The position numbers and the translations under genes were made by a program. The notes under the pieces are model-generated. The model was not told the DNA's origin, made no database searches, and saw nothing but the letters and a program-made list of their open reading frames with translations. A stretch of DNA of 64,000 nt, taken from the sequence record OZ196593.1. One strand, written 5' to 3'. Of this stretch, positions 28,451-37,307 are shown in pieces. Each line of letters starts with the position of its first letter. Within the stretch, counting starts at the first letter, position 1.

Positions 28451-29503
28451 TGAGCGGTAGATTACGTGATCTCGTCCCATCGCATCCCATGTACCAAGAT
28501 GCATTCCGTTCTTGACTGCGTCCATGAGCGATGCATTGTCACGAATCGCTTCTTTCGGTAAACACACTAGACCGCTTGTCTTCAGTGCAAGAAGTTCAAG
28601 CTCTTCCACCAATTCTTCGCCACGATTACCACTGTATTCAAAATGGCTAAACCAAAAGCCAATTTTGCCATATTTGCTATCAAGAACATAGTCAACATCA
28701 AAACCGCGCAACGCTCTTTTAAGGTCGCTCGGCTTGCCATTAAACTTGCGCTTCGTCTCGCTATGTTCAGCACCAGCCCTTGAAATAAGTCGTTTCTTCT
28801 CTGCATCGCTAATATCATCCCATCCCACAAAGTTCTTCTTGAACTGATTCATCCATGCTTCACCGGTCATCGGGCTACTGTGGAACTTTTTCTTCGTATC
28901 TGCGATTGCCTGTGCATATCTCGCGTTAATCTCATGCGAATAGTTCTGATATTCCGCGTGTGTAGCTCTGTGACCGCTTTTAGCGTGATTAATGAAGTCT
29001 TTATCGATGTAAGCACGTTTGCGCCCTGAGTGGTCATACGTCCCGTCTGCATCGCTCGTGCTAAAGTCTTCAATATCGCCAGAACGCCAGTTATCATACG
29101 CATGTTGCAGTTCGTGAATGGCAGTTGAGATAATTGATTCTTTCTGCACTCTGAATTTCGGCATGATTTGATCGACGCTAGTTATGCCAGTCAAGTTCAC
29201 CACAAGCTCCAAATGCCCTGCTTCGTTCGCTGTTGGGTCATGCAAAGCACCATTCCATACGCCAAGCGTTGTTGGTGATGCGTTATCAAGCTTCAGATAA
29301 GCTATGATGCCCGCTTTTAGCAGTTCGTTGAACTCATCTTCGTCTGTGTGAATGCGAAGGTCTTTGGTATTGACTGCTAAGTTGTTCGGGTTGAACGGCT
29401 TGGTGTGTAAAGCGCGTTCAAGTTTGCGTTCTAGGTCATCAACGATTACTCTCGCTGCTTGTTCTAGCGCACGTTGTGAGGTAACACTTTCAATAATAAT
29501 CAT
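28448..29503 (-). CDS. Putative head-packaged zincin-like metallopeptidase
   Basis: STAIHELQHAYD (HExxH) plus downstream HEINA; N-terminus MIIIE|S; late box CTAAATA at 29541-29535. Confidence 0.65.
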   Translation of the reverse strand: MIIIESVTSQRALEQAARVIVDDLERKLERALHTKPFNPNNLAVNTKDLRIHTDEDEFNELLKAGIIAYLKLDNASPTTLGVWNGALHDPTANEAGHLELVVNLTGITSVDQIMPKFRVQKESIISTAIHELQHAYDNWRSGDIEDFSTSDADGTYDHSGRKRAYIDKDFINHAKSGHRATHAEYQNYSHEINARYAQAIADTKKKFHSSPMTGEAWMNQFKKNFVGWDDISDAEKKRLISRAGAEHSETKRKFNGKPSDLKRALRGFDVDYVLDSKYGKIGFWFSHFEYSGNRGEELVEELELLALKTSGLVCLPKEAIRDNASLMDAVKNGMHLGTWDAMGRDHVIYRS

Positions 29504-29520
29504 CTTTTTTCTCGTAATGG

Positions 29521-29569
29521 TTGACTGTATTCTGTATTTAGGTTAGTATCTATCTCATCGAAACGAAAC
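29521..29569. promoter_or_regulatory. Nested divergent promoters (plus early, minus late)
   Basis: TTGACT-17-TAGTAT on plus with minus CTAAATA inside the spacer; ATCGAAACGAAAC at 29557. Confidence 0.75.
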
Positions 29570-29581
29570 ACGGAAAATATT

Positions 29582-30241
29582 ATGAAAAACTTAGAAGCAC
29601 GCAAACTGATTCACAACACGTTCTACGAACAGCCATTTCAGTGTACAGTTGATATGGAAGTGATGCGCGATAAAAAACAACCAATTGTTTTGCGCAAAGA
29701 GACTCCATACACGTTGTTCTTATTCAACGCAAAAAAGCGTGGTATGCGTTATCACTTCGGCGATAGAGACCCGCAATACATATGTGACGTTGAACACGAG
29801 CCACGCGACATCATGGCACGTTTAATCATCGAAAAGCGTCGTCAATATGCTGCTTTGGTTTCAATCCCGTGGGACAGCCACGAATATGACGTGCATGAGC
29901 CTGCAATTGCAATCATTCAGAAGATGATCACTAAGCCTAAACGCTTTCATGTTGCTGCTGCTATTAACGAAACTATGTGTATCAGCCCAGCAAACTGCAA
30001 GATTGTGTTAGTTGACAAAGACACAGATGTGAAATTTGTCGCTGAGTATAATGGTCGTACTGGTTTTAGACTTTTACAACCAAGTGTATTTACAAGCGAC
30101 GAAGCAACTGTTATAGTGAATTGCATGAACCAACTCATTAGTGATTCGCAAAAAGCGCGATGGGAACTTGAACAATCACGCAAAGAAGCACGCAAAAACA
30201 AACATCGTAACGAATTAATGCAACAATACTGCGGAGAATAA
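29582..30241 (+). CDS. Hypothetical early protein
   Basis: 219-aa ORF. Confidence 0.8.
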   Translation: MKNLEARKLIHNTFYEQPFQCTVDMEVMRDKKQPIVLRKETPYTLFLFNAKKRGMRYHFGDRDPQYICDVEHEPRDIMARLIIEKRRQYAALVSIPWDSHEYDVHEPAIAIIQKMITKPKRFHVAAAINETMCISPANCKIVLVDKDTDVKFVAEYNGRTGFRLLQPSVFTSDEATVIVNCMNQLISDSQKARWELEQSRKEARKNKHRNELMQQYCGE

Positions 30242-30244
30242 GAC

Positions 30245-30637
30245 ATGGCTTACCAAGTAATCAACGGCAAACTACAGAAAATCAAGAAAGATAAACCACG
30301 CGACTACGACAAAGAGTGGAACAAGATGCAAGAAGTGTCGAAAGCGCAAGTTGAAATTCTTAACCGCATTCGTGAGCGTGATGAAATCAACTCACTCGAT
30401 ACACGCCAACGCCATGAAGCGATGATTGAACTTGCTAAACGCAACGAGCGCAAAGGTAAGAAAGGCGGTGACTGTAACGTAACTCAGTGTCAAAACCCAG
30501 GTGCAAGCTCTTACAACACTGCTATGAGAGCGTATTACTGCGAGTCTTGTGCTCATGACATTTGGCAAGCAGGTCAACGTGACGGTCGCGACTTCATTCG
30601 CCCGACGCCTGATTACACTTACAAGTACGAGGGTTAA
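30245..30637 (+). CDS. Hypothetical protein with Cys-rich C-terminus
   Basis: CNVTQC...YYCESCA, probable Zn finger. Confidence 0.75.
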   Translation: MAYQVINGKLQKIKKDKPRDYDKEWNKMQEVSKAQVEILNRIRERDEINSLDTRQRHEAMIELAKRNERKGKKGGDCNVTQCQNPGASSYNTAMRAYYCESCAHDIWQAGQRDGRDFIRPTPDYTYKYEG

Positions 30638-30640
30638 GCT

Positions 30641-30892
30641 ATGTGGGGGGATTTTGGAAATTTCTTATTGTTCATACTGTCATTGATGTACGCCATCTTT
30701 AACGTGATGGCGGGTGGTGCAGTAGTAATCACACTACTCGACCGTGAATGGTCTATCAAGCGAGTCTTGATGATGATTCTCGCGCCTATCGGTGCAGTTG
30801 GTGGGTTTTGTGTGGGGTTGATACTCGTAGCGGCTGGTTTTGTGTTTGACAAGCTTGTTGCTGTCGATTGGGATAAAAAGAGGAAGTTCTAA
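30641..30892 (+). CDS. Two-TM membrane protein
   Basis: Hydrophobic hairpin, basic C-terminus. Confidence 0.75.
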   Translation: MWGDFGNFLLFILSLMYAIFNVMAGGAVVITLLDREWSIKRVLMMILAPIGAVGGFCVGLILVAAGFVFDKLVAVDWDKKRKF

Positions 30893-31134
30893 TGAATGAT
30901 TTTCTAATTGTAGTGTTTGTTATGTCACAAATATTTGCTACTGTAGGTGCAGCGATCATGTTCGCAATGGCACTTCACAAGGGCGAATACTCCATCTTAA
31001 CTGTGATCGTGTGTGTATATGGCATCATTGGTACAGTATTCACGGGGATTGTATTATCGCTCATTGCACTGTCAATCAAAATCGAAGAGTCTCGATTCTG
31101 GGAATTTATAACTAAACCAAGGAACATCAAATGA
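30892..31134 (+). CDS. Two-TM membrane protein (paralog of previous)
   Basis: EYSI vs EWSI loop, IGxV..G(I/L) second helix. Confidence 0.75.
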   Translation: MNDFLIVVFVMSQIFATVGAAIMFAMALHKGEYSILTVIVCVYGIIGTVFTGIVLSLIALSIKIEESRFWEFITKPRNIK

Positions 31135-31469
31135 GGCACGCAATTCTGCTAGATCACTTAACACCGGGTGTTGTGACTGTACTCGAATACGTATATCGAC
31201 CAGGGTTTCATGATCACCCGTCGCTTATTCACACTAACATTCGCACACGTTTGTTCTACGAAGCGAACATGGTAGCAATGCAAGCCTCTGACGGTAAGTA
31301 TAAGCTTGTGAAGAATCGCTACGCAATCAACGCCGATCACGAAGCTATGCGATTCAGTAATATTACTGCGATGATTCATTACATGAATGCATTTCTCGCA
31401 GAAGCTGAACAGCCATTAATCAAGCACATTGATTTCACGTGTACAACTACAGTAAGGGTACCGCTATGA
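31131..31469 (+). CDS. Hypothetical protein
   Basis: ATGA-coupled ORF. Confidence 0.7.
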   Translation: MRHAILLDHLTPGVVTVLEYVYRPGFHDHPSLIHTNIRTRLFYEANMVAMQASDGKYKLVKNRYAINADHEAMRFSNITAMIHYMNAFLAEAEQPLIKHIDFTCTTTVRVPL

Positions 31470-31750
31470 GCTTTGAACAAGTAACCGTAATCTATGCAGC
31501 TCACGTAACAGAGTGGGAAGCAGGGTGGGGAACACGTCCAGATGGCGTTGTTCTTGGTAAAACAGCGGCAGCCGTTGTTGCATGTGGTCAGCGAATGGAG
31601 GCAAATAAGTCGCCGTCTGGCTATGAGTACATCGGTGAAGTATTCGCACTGAAAGCAAACGAAGAAGGCATCAAGTTGCTGACTGACAAAACAGAAACTG
31701 AATCCGTATGGACTCAAGGGTCTGCAAGCAAATACGGCTCAAAACTATAG
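31466..31750 (+). CDS. Hypothetical protein
   Basis: Start ATG 31466; EWEAGWGTRPDG motif. Confidence 0.7.
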   Translation: MSFEQVTVIYAAHVTEWEAGWGTRPDGVVLGKTAAAVVACGQRMEANKSPSGYEYIGEVFALKANEEGIKLLTDKTETESVWTQGSASKYGSKL

Positions 31751-31757
31751 GTGAAAT

Positions 31758-32003
31758 ATGCGTATTTCGACTATTCTGTTGATGTACACGCTAACAGCAT
31801 GTACAATCGTAGATGAAGAGCTACGCATTGCAAACGAGCTTATTATCATTCGTATGGAAAACGATAAGCCGAAAGTGCGCGTCGCTACTGGTCTGGAAGA
31901 CTGCAAGTGGCGCGCAAAGGTCGAAGTTAACGATCTGAGTGACGGTGAACATGAGCTTCATCTTCAATGCGCAGTATCAACAAATTTAATCAAACCATAT
32001 TAG
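31758..32003 (+). CDS. Putative lipoprotein
   Basis: Signal peptide with LTAC lipobox. Confidence 0.65.
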   Translation: MRISTILLMYTLTACTIVDEELRIANELIIIRMENDKPKVRVATGLEDCKWRAKVEVNDLSDGEHELHLQCAVSTNLIKPY

Positions 32004-32012
32004 GAAAATATC

Positions 32013-32255
32013 ATGGAACTACTATCATTTATCTTCGCAGCATCATTCTTCATGGGCTTAGGCATCATGGCGCACTTGCCAATCAGTCTACGCTACAAGG
32101 CGGCTAAATTTCGTACTCTATGGGGTGCAGCACCACGTCTAACACAATTAGGGTTCGTCATTGGCTTTGTTGGTGTGATTGCATACTACATTGTGTTTTT
32201 TGTAGTATGTCAATGGACTAAGTTCTCTAACTCAGATTGGAATAACAAGCGATGA
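32013..32255 (+). CDS. Two-TM membrane protein
   Basis: Two hydrophobic helices. Confidence 0.7.
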   Translation: MELLSFIFAASFFMGLGIMAHLPISLRYKAAKFRTLWGAAPRLTQLGFVIGFVGVIAYYIVFFVVCQWTKFSNSDWNNKR

Positions 32256-32443
32256 GACAGCACGAATTGCAAGAGTTGGTCGAGAAGCACAACTTCGATT
32301 TCGACATCGCGTGCAATGAGTATAACGAGACACGCTACCAAGTAGTGTGTCAAGGTAACGTTATATTCGAATCATACAACGAATACTGCGTCGTATCGTT
32401 CTTAGAGGGCGTTCAGTGGGTACGTAAGGGATTCGAACTATGA
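32252..32443 (+). CDS. Hypothetical protein
   Basis: ATGA-coupled ORF. Confidence 0.7.
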   Translation: MRQHELQELVEKHNFDFDIACNEYNETRYQVVCQGNVIFESYNEYCVVSFLEGVQWVRKGFEL

Positions 32444-32600
32444 TTCTATTGTATTGCGAAGACGAAAATCAGTACATCGTACAGGTCGGGTGTGATGTGT
32501 GTATGCACCCGCGCAAAGATAAAGCAACTGACTTCAAGACTCGCGAGTGTGCGCAAGCATATCTTGACAAGTGGGACTTGTGGGAATGGGAGATTGTAGA

Positions 32601-32900
32601 ATGTTGATCAATAAACGCATTGAGCAGCGACAAGCAAGCGATGCCGAGTTCGAGCAATACAGACGCGGTCAAGCAGCGAGAAAGATCAGTGGTGAGCTGA
32701 TTCGCAACTTGTCTGATGAAAAAGACACGTTCTTGGTCGCCACTTATGTGCTGTACAAAGAGCACGATGTCGATATCGTTCGCAAGTTGCTACGTTACAA
32801 TGGCATCAATGCGACCGTTAAAGTAGTGCCAGTTGTTGGTCAGTTGATGGACTGTTTGAACAAAATTCATGGAATCGGGTTTAGCGTCTGGGTTAAATAA
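32601..32900 (+). CDS. Hypothetical protein
   Basis: Start ATG 32601 after GGGAG. Confidence 0.7.
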   Translation: MLINKRIEQRQASDAEFEQYRRGQAARKISGELIRNLSDEKDTFLVATYVLYKEHDVDIVRKLLRYNGINATVKVVPVVGQLMDCLNKIHGIGFSVWVK

Positions 32901-33184
32901 TGATAGTTAATATTACTCATTCATCATTTGACATCTACATCGGACGCGGAACGCCATTCGGGAATCCATTCAAAAGTGGGAAAGACGGCACTCGCAGCGA
33001 AGTTATTGCGCTTTATCGCGAGTGGTTACGCTTACAACTGCAAGACGACGAATTCAAAGCAATGTTTTTGAAGCTAAGAGGCAAGACATTGGGTTGTCAT
33101 TGTAAACCCAAAGCGTGTCACGGCGATGTGATTTTAGAAGAACTTGATCGATTGAGTAGCCCATTGAACAACTTTATAGGTTAA
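32900..33184 (+). CDS. DUF4326-family protein
   Basis: DIYIGRGTPFGNPF...LRGKTLGCHCKPKACHGDVI. Confidence 0.85.
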   Translation: MIVNITHSSFDIYIGRGTPFGNPFKSGKDGTRSEVIALYREWLRLQLQDDEFKAMFLKLRGKTLGCHCKPKACHGDVILEELDRLSSPLNNFIG

Positions 33185-33187
33185 ACT

Positions 33188-33481
33188 ATGAGAGAAGCAA
33201 TCAACTTAATCAAAAACACCAAAATGAGCTACACAGACATAAGCCCATTTGGTGAACCATCGCTGTACGTACACGCAGGTCATGATACTGTATTGAAAGT
33301 GACGTACACAGAAGACTGTTATTCGTTTTACGACTATCGCAGTCAATACTTGTATGAAGATCAAGACCTAGAAGATCTTGAGATTCACTTAAAATCAATC
33401 AATGTAGGTCTTGATGACGACTTGCCACTGAACGGCTTTGTTGACGAAGATACTATACCAGACGGAGTATTTCTTCAATGA
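33188..33481 (+). CDS. Hypothetical protein
   Basis: 97-aa ORF. Confidence 0.7.
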   Translation: MREAINLIKNTKMSYTDISPFGEPSLYVHAGHDTVLKVTYTEDCYSFYDYRSQYLYEDQDLEDLEIHLKSINVGLDDDLPLNGFVDEDTIPDGVFLQ

Positions 33482-34344
33482 AATTTAGCGAATATCAAAC
33501 CGAGTTGAACGAAGCATTTGATCGCCCTGCACAAATCACAAAGCGAGACATGCAAGGGTCGCATTTCACACTTGGTGACACGCAATATCTAATCGAAATC
33601 TACCCAACGAGCGCACATGGAAATCAGAAAGCACTCGATGTATCGTTTCGCTCGAAGAAAGCAGGCGAACATCGCTACACATACGGATTGACCGGCGGTG
33701 ATCCCAAAGATGCAATGACAGTATTTGCGACTGTAATCTCAGAGATTAAACGCGAAGTTGAGTTGCACCCCGAAATCGCAAAGGTCAAGTTCAGCGCATT
33801 CGAAGATTCGAATCGCGAAGACGCGGCGAAACGAGCACGATTGTACAAACGCATGGCTGAGAAGTTTGCAAAGCAACTTGGCTATAAGCTGAACGTGTAC
33901 GGTAGTGGCTCTGGTCAAGCGTATGTCATGGAAAAGATCGTAGAACTACCTGAACCGACTGGATATTCAAAGCAATGGGGTCAAGAAGAACTCGATCTGT
34001 ATGAAATCAACGACTCTGCGGTCTGCAAAGTTATCGGGGCTGATACTGGCCAATGGTCACTTGCAAACGGAGCGAAGCTGATTCTTGCGCGTGGTAAAGT
34101 AACACTCACAACGGGTCCGATTCAGTCAGTTGATAGTTGGTGGGATGCGTTTCATGAGCTTGAGTGGTACAACGACGAAGAAGGCGAACAGTTCTACGAC
34201 GATGAACAACGTATTTGCGAAGTCGCAGGTAAAATCTGGGTAATTGGTGATATGACTATCACTATATGGCCTAATGCATCAACATTAGAGCGTGATGCTG
34301 AATTAGAGTTAACTAGCGCAACGCGAATGGCACTTGAATTCTAA
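33478..34344 (+). CDS. Putative head-packaged protein (288 aa)
   Basis: N-terminus MKFSEYQTELNE|A; N-domain similar to that of 24467. Confidence 0.65.
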   Translation: MKFSEYQTELNEAFDRPAQITKRDMQGSHFTLGDTQYLIEIYPTSAHGNQKALDVSFRSKKAGEHRYTYGLTGGDPKDAMTVFATVISEIKREVELHPEIAKVKFSAFEDSNREDAAKRARLYKRMAEKFAKQLGYKLNVYGSGSGQAYVMEKIVELPEPTGYSKQWGQEELDLYEINDSAVCKVIGADTGQWSLANGAKLILARGKVTLTTGPIQSVDSWWDAFHELEWYNDEEGEQFYDDEQRICEVAGKIWVIGDMTITIWPNASTLERDAELELTSATRMALEF

Positions 34345-34345
34345 T

Positions 34346-34374
34346 AAAACCCCGAAAGGGGTTTTTTTAGGTCT
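34346..34374 (+). terminator. Intrinsic terminator with TAGGTCT flank
   Basis: AAAACCCC-GAAA-GGGGTTTTTTTAGGTCT. Confidence 0.9.
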
Positions 34375-34390
34375 GAATGAAAGAAAGTGG

Positions 34391-34438
34391 TTGCACGTAA
34401 CTGATATAATGCCTATTATAGCTCTATCGAAACGAAAC
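34391..34438 (+). promoter_or_regulatory. Early promoter plus ATCGAAACGAAAC motif
   Basis: TTGCAC-17-TATTAT, motif 34426-34438. Confidence 0.85.
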
Positions 34439-34458
34439 AACGACCTCAAGGGGAAGTA

Positions 34459-34776
34459 ATGAACATCACTGGTAAAATGCATATCGAATGCACAGCGTTT
34501 GTATCTCTGCCGTGGAACAGTCGCAAAACGCACTGTCTTGTTGGTAAGATGTCAGAACACATGAACGAATCGTTCAACAATCGCGATGACGGTACAATTG
34601 AAACAAGCAACATCAATTACATTGACATCGTAGATGGCGTCGTGTACGCTATAACTCACTCAAAGAGTCGTTACGAGCTAACAAACGTAACGGTCGAGCA
34701 AATCACCGAAATGGTTGAACGTCACAACTCACGTGACCAAGCACCAGTCATCGGTCTATTCACAAACGAATTTTAA
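34459..34776 (+). CDS. Hypothetical early protein
   Basis: ETSNINYIDIVDGVVYAITHSKSRY; similar to next ORF. Confidence 0.75.
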   Translation: MNITGKMHIECTAFVSLPWNSRKTHCLVGKMSEHMNESFNNRDDGTIETSNINYIDIVDGVVYAITHSKSRYELTNVTVEQITEMVERHNSRDQAPVIGLFTNEF

Positions 34777-34803
34777 TCACATTACTTTATTGAGAGAATT
34801 ATT

Positions 34804-35136
34804 ATGAAAACACTAGTTAACTACACTGCTGCAATCGAACTAACTACTAAAACTTTCGCTGATAACGGTCGTCTAAAAGGTCGCTTCTATGCGTCTCGTG
34901 TTGGTCACGAAGCTGGTGTCGAAGACAAGACCGCTCCTGTTAAGTCTTTCAAAGTGATTGACAATAAAGTATACGCTGAGACAGCATCAAGCGTGTTCCA
35001 CGTTCGCAATCTGAACGGCACGTCGCTTGCTGAGTTCAACACACTGAATCTGCCAGTGTACGTGAAGAAAGCTGATCCGGTAATGGACGAGCTAATCAAC
35101 ACGATTGCAATGTCTAACGCGGCTGAACAGTCGTAA
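34804..35136 (+). CDS. Hypothetical early protein
   Basis: KTAPVKSFKVIDNKVYAETASSVF. Confidence 0.75.
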   Translation: MKTLVNYTAAIELTTKTFADNGRLKGRFYASRVGHEAGVEDKTAPVKSFKVIDNKVYAETASSVFHVRNLNGTSLAEFNTLNLPVYVKKADPVMDELINTIAMSNAAEQS

Positions 35137-35591
35137 TGTTCCCGAAGAACTCGCAATACTATGACTTGGTGTACCTAGAAATCGCCAAGACATTTGCAAA
35201 GAAGAGCACTTGCAGACAGAAGTCTGTAGGTGCGGTCATTGTCAAAAATGACAGAATCATTTCACACGGTTACAATGGTGTTCCTGCGGGTATGACACAT
35301 TGCAATCAAACAGAAGACTATGATGGTTTAACTCATCGACAATGGTCTGAAATTCACGAAATACACGCTGAACAGAACGCGCTTTGCTATGCAGCACGCG
35401 CAGGTATACCGACTGAGGGCGCAACGATGTATTGCACAGCGTCTCCGTGTCATAACTGCGCAAAACTGATTGTCGCTTCTGGTATCAAGATCTTAATTGT
35501 TGGCTCTGTCTATAGTGGTTCGCAAAAAGACTGGCATGTTTGGTTAGAACAGCGTGGCGTCACCGTAATTACTTTTGACGAATTTGTTTAA
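35136..35591 (+). CDS. cd: dCMP deaminase
   Basis: HAEQNAL, SPCHNC Zn-deaminase motifs, GYNG. Confidence 0.95.
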   Translation: MFPKNSQYYDLVYLEIAKTFAKKSTCRQKSVGAVIVKNDRIISHGYNGVPAGMTHCNQTEDYDGLTHRQWSEIHEIHAEQNALCYAARAGIPTEGATMYCTASPCHNCAKLIVASGIKILIVGSVYSGSQKDWHVWLEQRGVTVITFDEFV

Positions 35592-35614
35592 TATAAGTAA
35601 TTCGGAATTACAAT
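35587..35614 (+). promoter_or_regulatory. GTTTA-class promoter for deazaguanine island
   Basis: (G)TTTAAT-16-TACAAT. Confidence 0.6.
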
Positions 35615-35638
35615 AGAGACTCAACAAGAGAGATTATT

Positions 35639-36574
35639 ATGAAAAGTACAATGTTTTTGAATAACATCACGTGCATCGATCATGCGTACGTAGATGAAAA
35701 TGGTAAGATTAACGGCATGAGCTACAACTTGTGCGTAGAAATCGTTGGTGAAGTAGATGAAACCGAGCAAGTCGTTATCGACTTCAGCGGCTGCAAGAAA
35801 GCTATCAAGCATCTTGTCGATGAGTCTGAGCACGCGATTGATCACAGACTCGTGCTGATCAACGGCTACAGCGAATACGTAATGGGTGAAGTTGAGAATC
35901 GCGCACGCGTTCAAATCGATACACCGATCTTTGGTGCTGTTGCTACAGTTGACGACTGGTATCAAGAAATCACTGACGTGACGCTGTTTGAAAATGAGCT
36001 GAACATCCCGTCAGATACGAAGTACATGAACTATGTCACCGAGTATCTTGAAGAAATGCTGCTAACACAGCTCAAGAAGCTTGGCTATCCAGTCACACAC
36101 GTCGCTGTAGAGCTTTCAGAGAGCTTTGACTTGCCATCTTGGGCAAACACGCACGTTGAGTTCAATTACGCTCACGGCTTGCGTTCTAGCTCGTCATACG
36201 GATGTCAGAACATTGCACACGGTCACCGTTCGTTCATCGCAGTTGATTCGATGCTGAACAGTCGCGGTCGCAAGGTACTGAAGCAAATCGCTGAAGAAAT
36301 GAGCGGCTACATCGTGTGGAATGAGAACTTGCAAAGCGAACACGAATTATCATACACGTCTGGTCGTGGTAACTTCTACATGTGTATTGACCCAGAAGAA
36401 ATGGTCGTTATTCCAACTGAAACGACTGTTGAAAATCTAGCAGAATACATCAAGAACACGTATCTTGATGAGCTTCAAAAGATTGGTGTTACTCGTATGT
36501 GGGTATCAGAGGGTCTTTCTAAAGGCGCTGTTGTAGATATTCAGCTTAACAAAGCTCTATATACAAAGCAGTAA
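35639..36574 (+). CDS. queD: 6-carboxytetrahydropterin synthase, two-domain QueD-like
   Basis: VIDFSGCKKAIK...DHRL, AHGL...GCQNIAHGHRS, PTETTVENLAEYI; adjacent to folE. Confidence 0.8.
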   Translation: MKSTMFLNNITCIDHAYVDENGKINGMSYNLCVEIVGEVDETEQVVIDFSGCKKAIKHLVDESEHAIDHRLVLINGYSEYVMGEVENRARVQIDTPIFGAVATVDDWYQEITDVTLFENELNIPSDTKYMNYVTEYLEEMLLTQLKKLGYPVTHVAVELSESFDLPSWANTHVEFNYAHGLRSSSSYGCQNIAHGHRSFIAVDSMLNSRGRKVLKQIAEEMSGYIVWNENLQSEHELSYTSGRGNFYMCIDPEEMVVIPTETTVENLAEYIKNTYLDELQKIGVTRMWVSEGLSKGAVVDIQLNKALYTKQ

Positions 36575-36581
36575 TTAAAAG

Positions 36582-36610
36582 TTTAATAGCACGCACTGTC
36601 GTGCTATTAT
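36582..36610 (+). promoter_or_regulatory. GTTTA-class promoter inside a hairpin
   Basis: (G)TTTAAT-17-TATTAT; AATAGCACG...CGTGCTATT. Confidence 0.75.
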
Positions 36611-36635
36611 TCATTCTCACTAACAAGGAGCTACA

Positions 36636-37304
36636 ATGCTAGACAGAAACAAAACAAATCCCGAGCTAGGTGCTCAGGTCGAAGCGCATCTTAAATCTAT
36701 CGGGATGCACACGCCGACTGTTGATAACGGTTTATCTGACGAACAGAAGCGTGTACTGCTTGAGAAACACTTCACAACAATCATGGAAACTCTAGGTCTC
36801 GACTTGAGCGACGATTCGCTTCAAGACACACCGAACCGATGGGCTAAAATGATGGTCAACGACTTAATGGCTGGTCTTTCACCGGATTTATTCCCGAAAT
36901 GTACTGCTGTTGACAACAAAATGAACTACGATCAGATGGTTTGTGAAAAAGGCATTAGCGTTCTATCGCAGTGTGAACATCACATTCAGACTATCGACGG
37001 GTTCGCGACTGTTGCTTACATTCCAAAACAGAAAGTTCTTGGTCTATCTAAAATGAATCGCATCGTTGAGTATTTCGCTCGTCGTCCGCAGATTCAAGAG
37101 CGTCTTACTGTTCAAATCGCTGAAGCACTCAAGTTCATTCTTGAAACTGACGACGTAGCGGTATTGATTGATGCTCGACACTACTGTGTGAAAGCACGTG
37201 GCGTCGAAGATAGCGGCTCAAGCACTGTCACAAGTCATCTATCAGGCGCATTTCGTAACGAGCCAGAAGCACGTGCGGAATTTATGTCTCTTTCACGAGG
37301 TTAA
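36636..37304 (+). CDS. folE: GTP cyclohydrolase I
   Basis: DTPNRWAK, SQCEHH, GLSKMNRIV...RRPQIQERLT, HYCVKARG. Confidence 0.98.
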   Translation: MLDRNKTNPELGAQVEAHLKSIGMHTPTVDNGLSDEQKRVLLEKHFTTIMETLGLDLSDDSLQDTPNRWAKMMVNDLMAGLSPDLFPKCTAVDNKMNYDQMVCEKGISVLSQCEHHIQTIDGFATVAYIPKQKVLGLSKMNRIVEYFARRPQIQERLTVQIAEALKFILETDDVAVLIDARHYCVKARGVEDSGSSTVTSHLSGAFRNEPEARAEFMSLSRG

Positions 37305-37307
37305 TGA

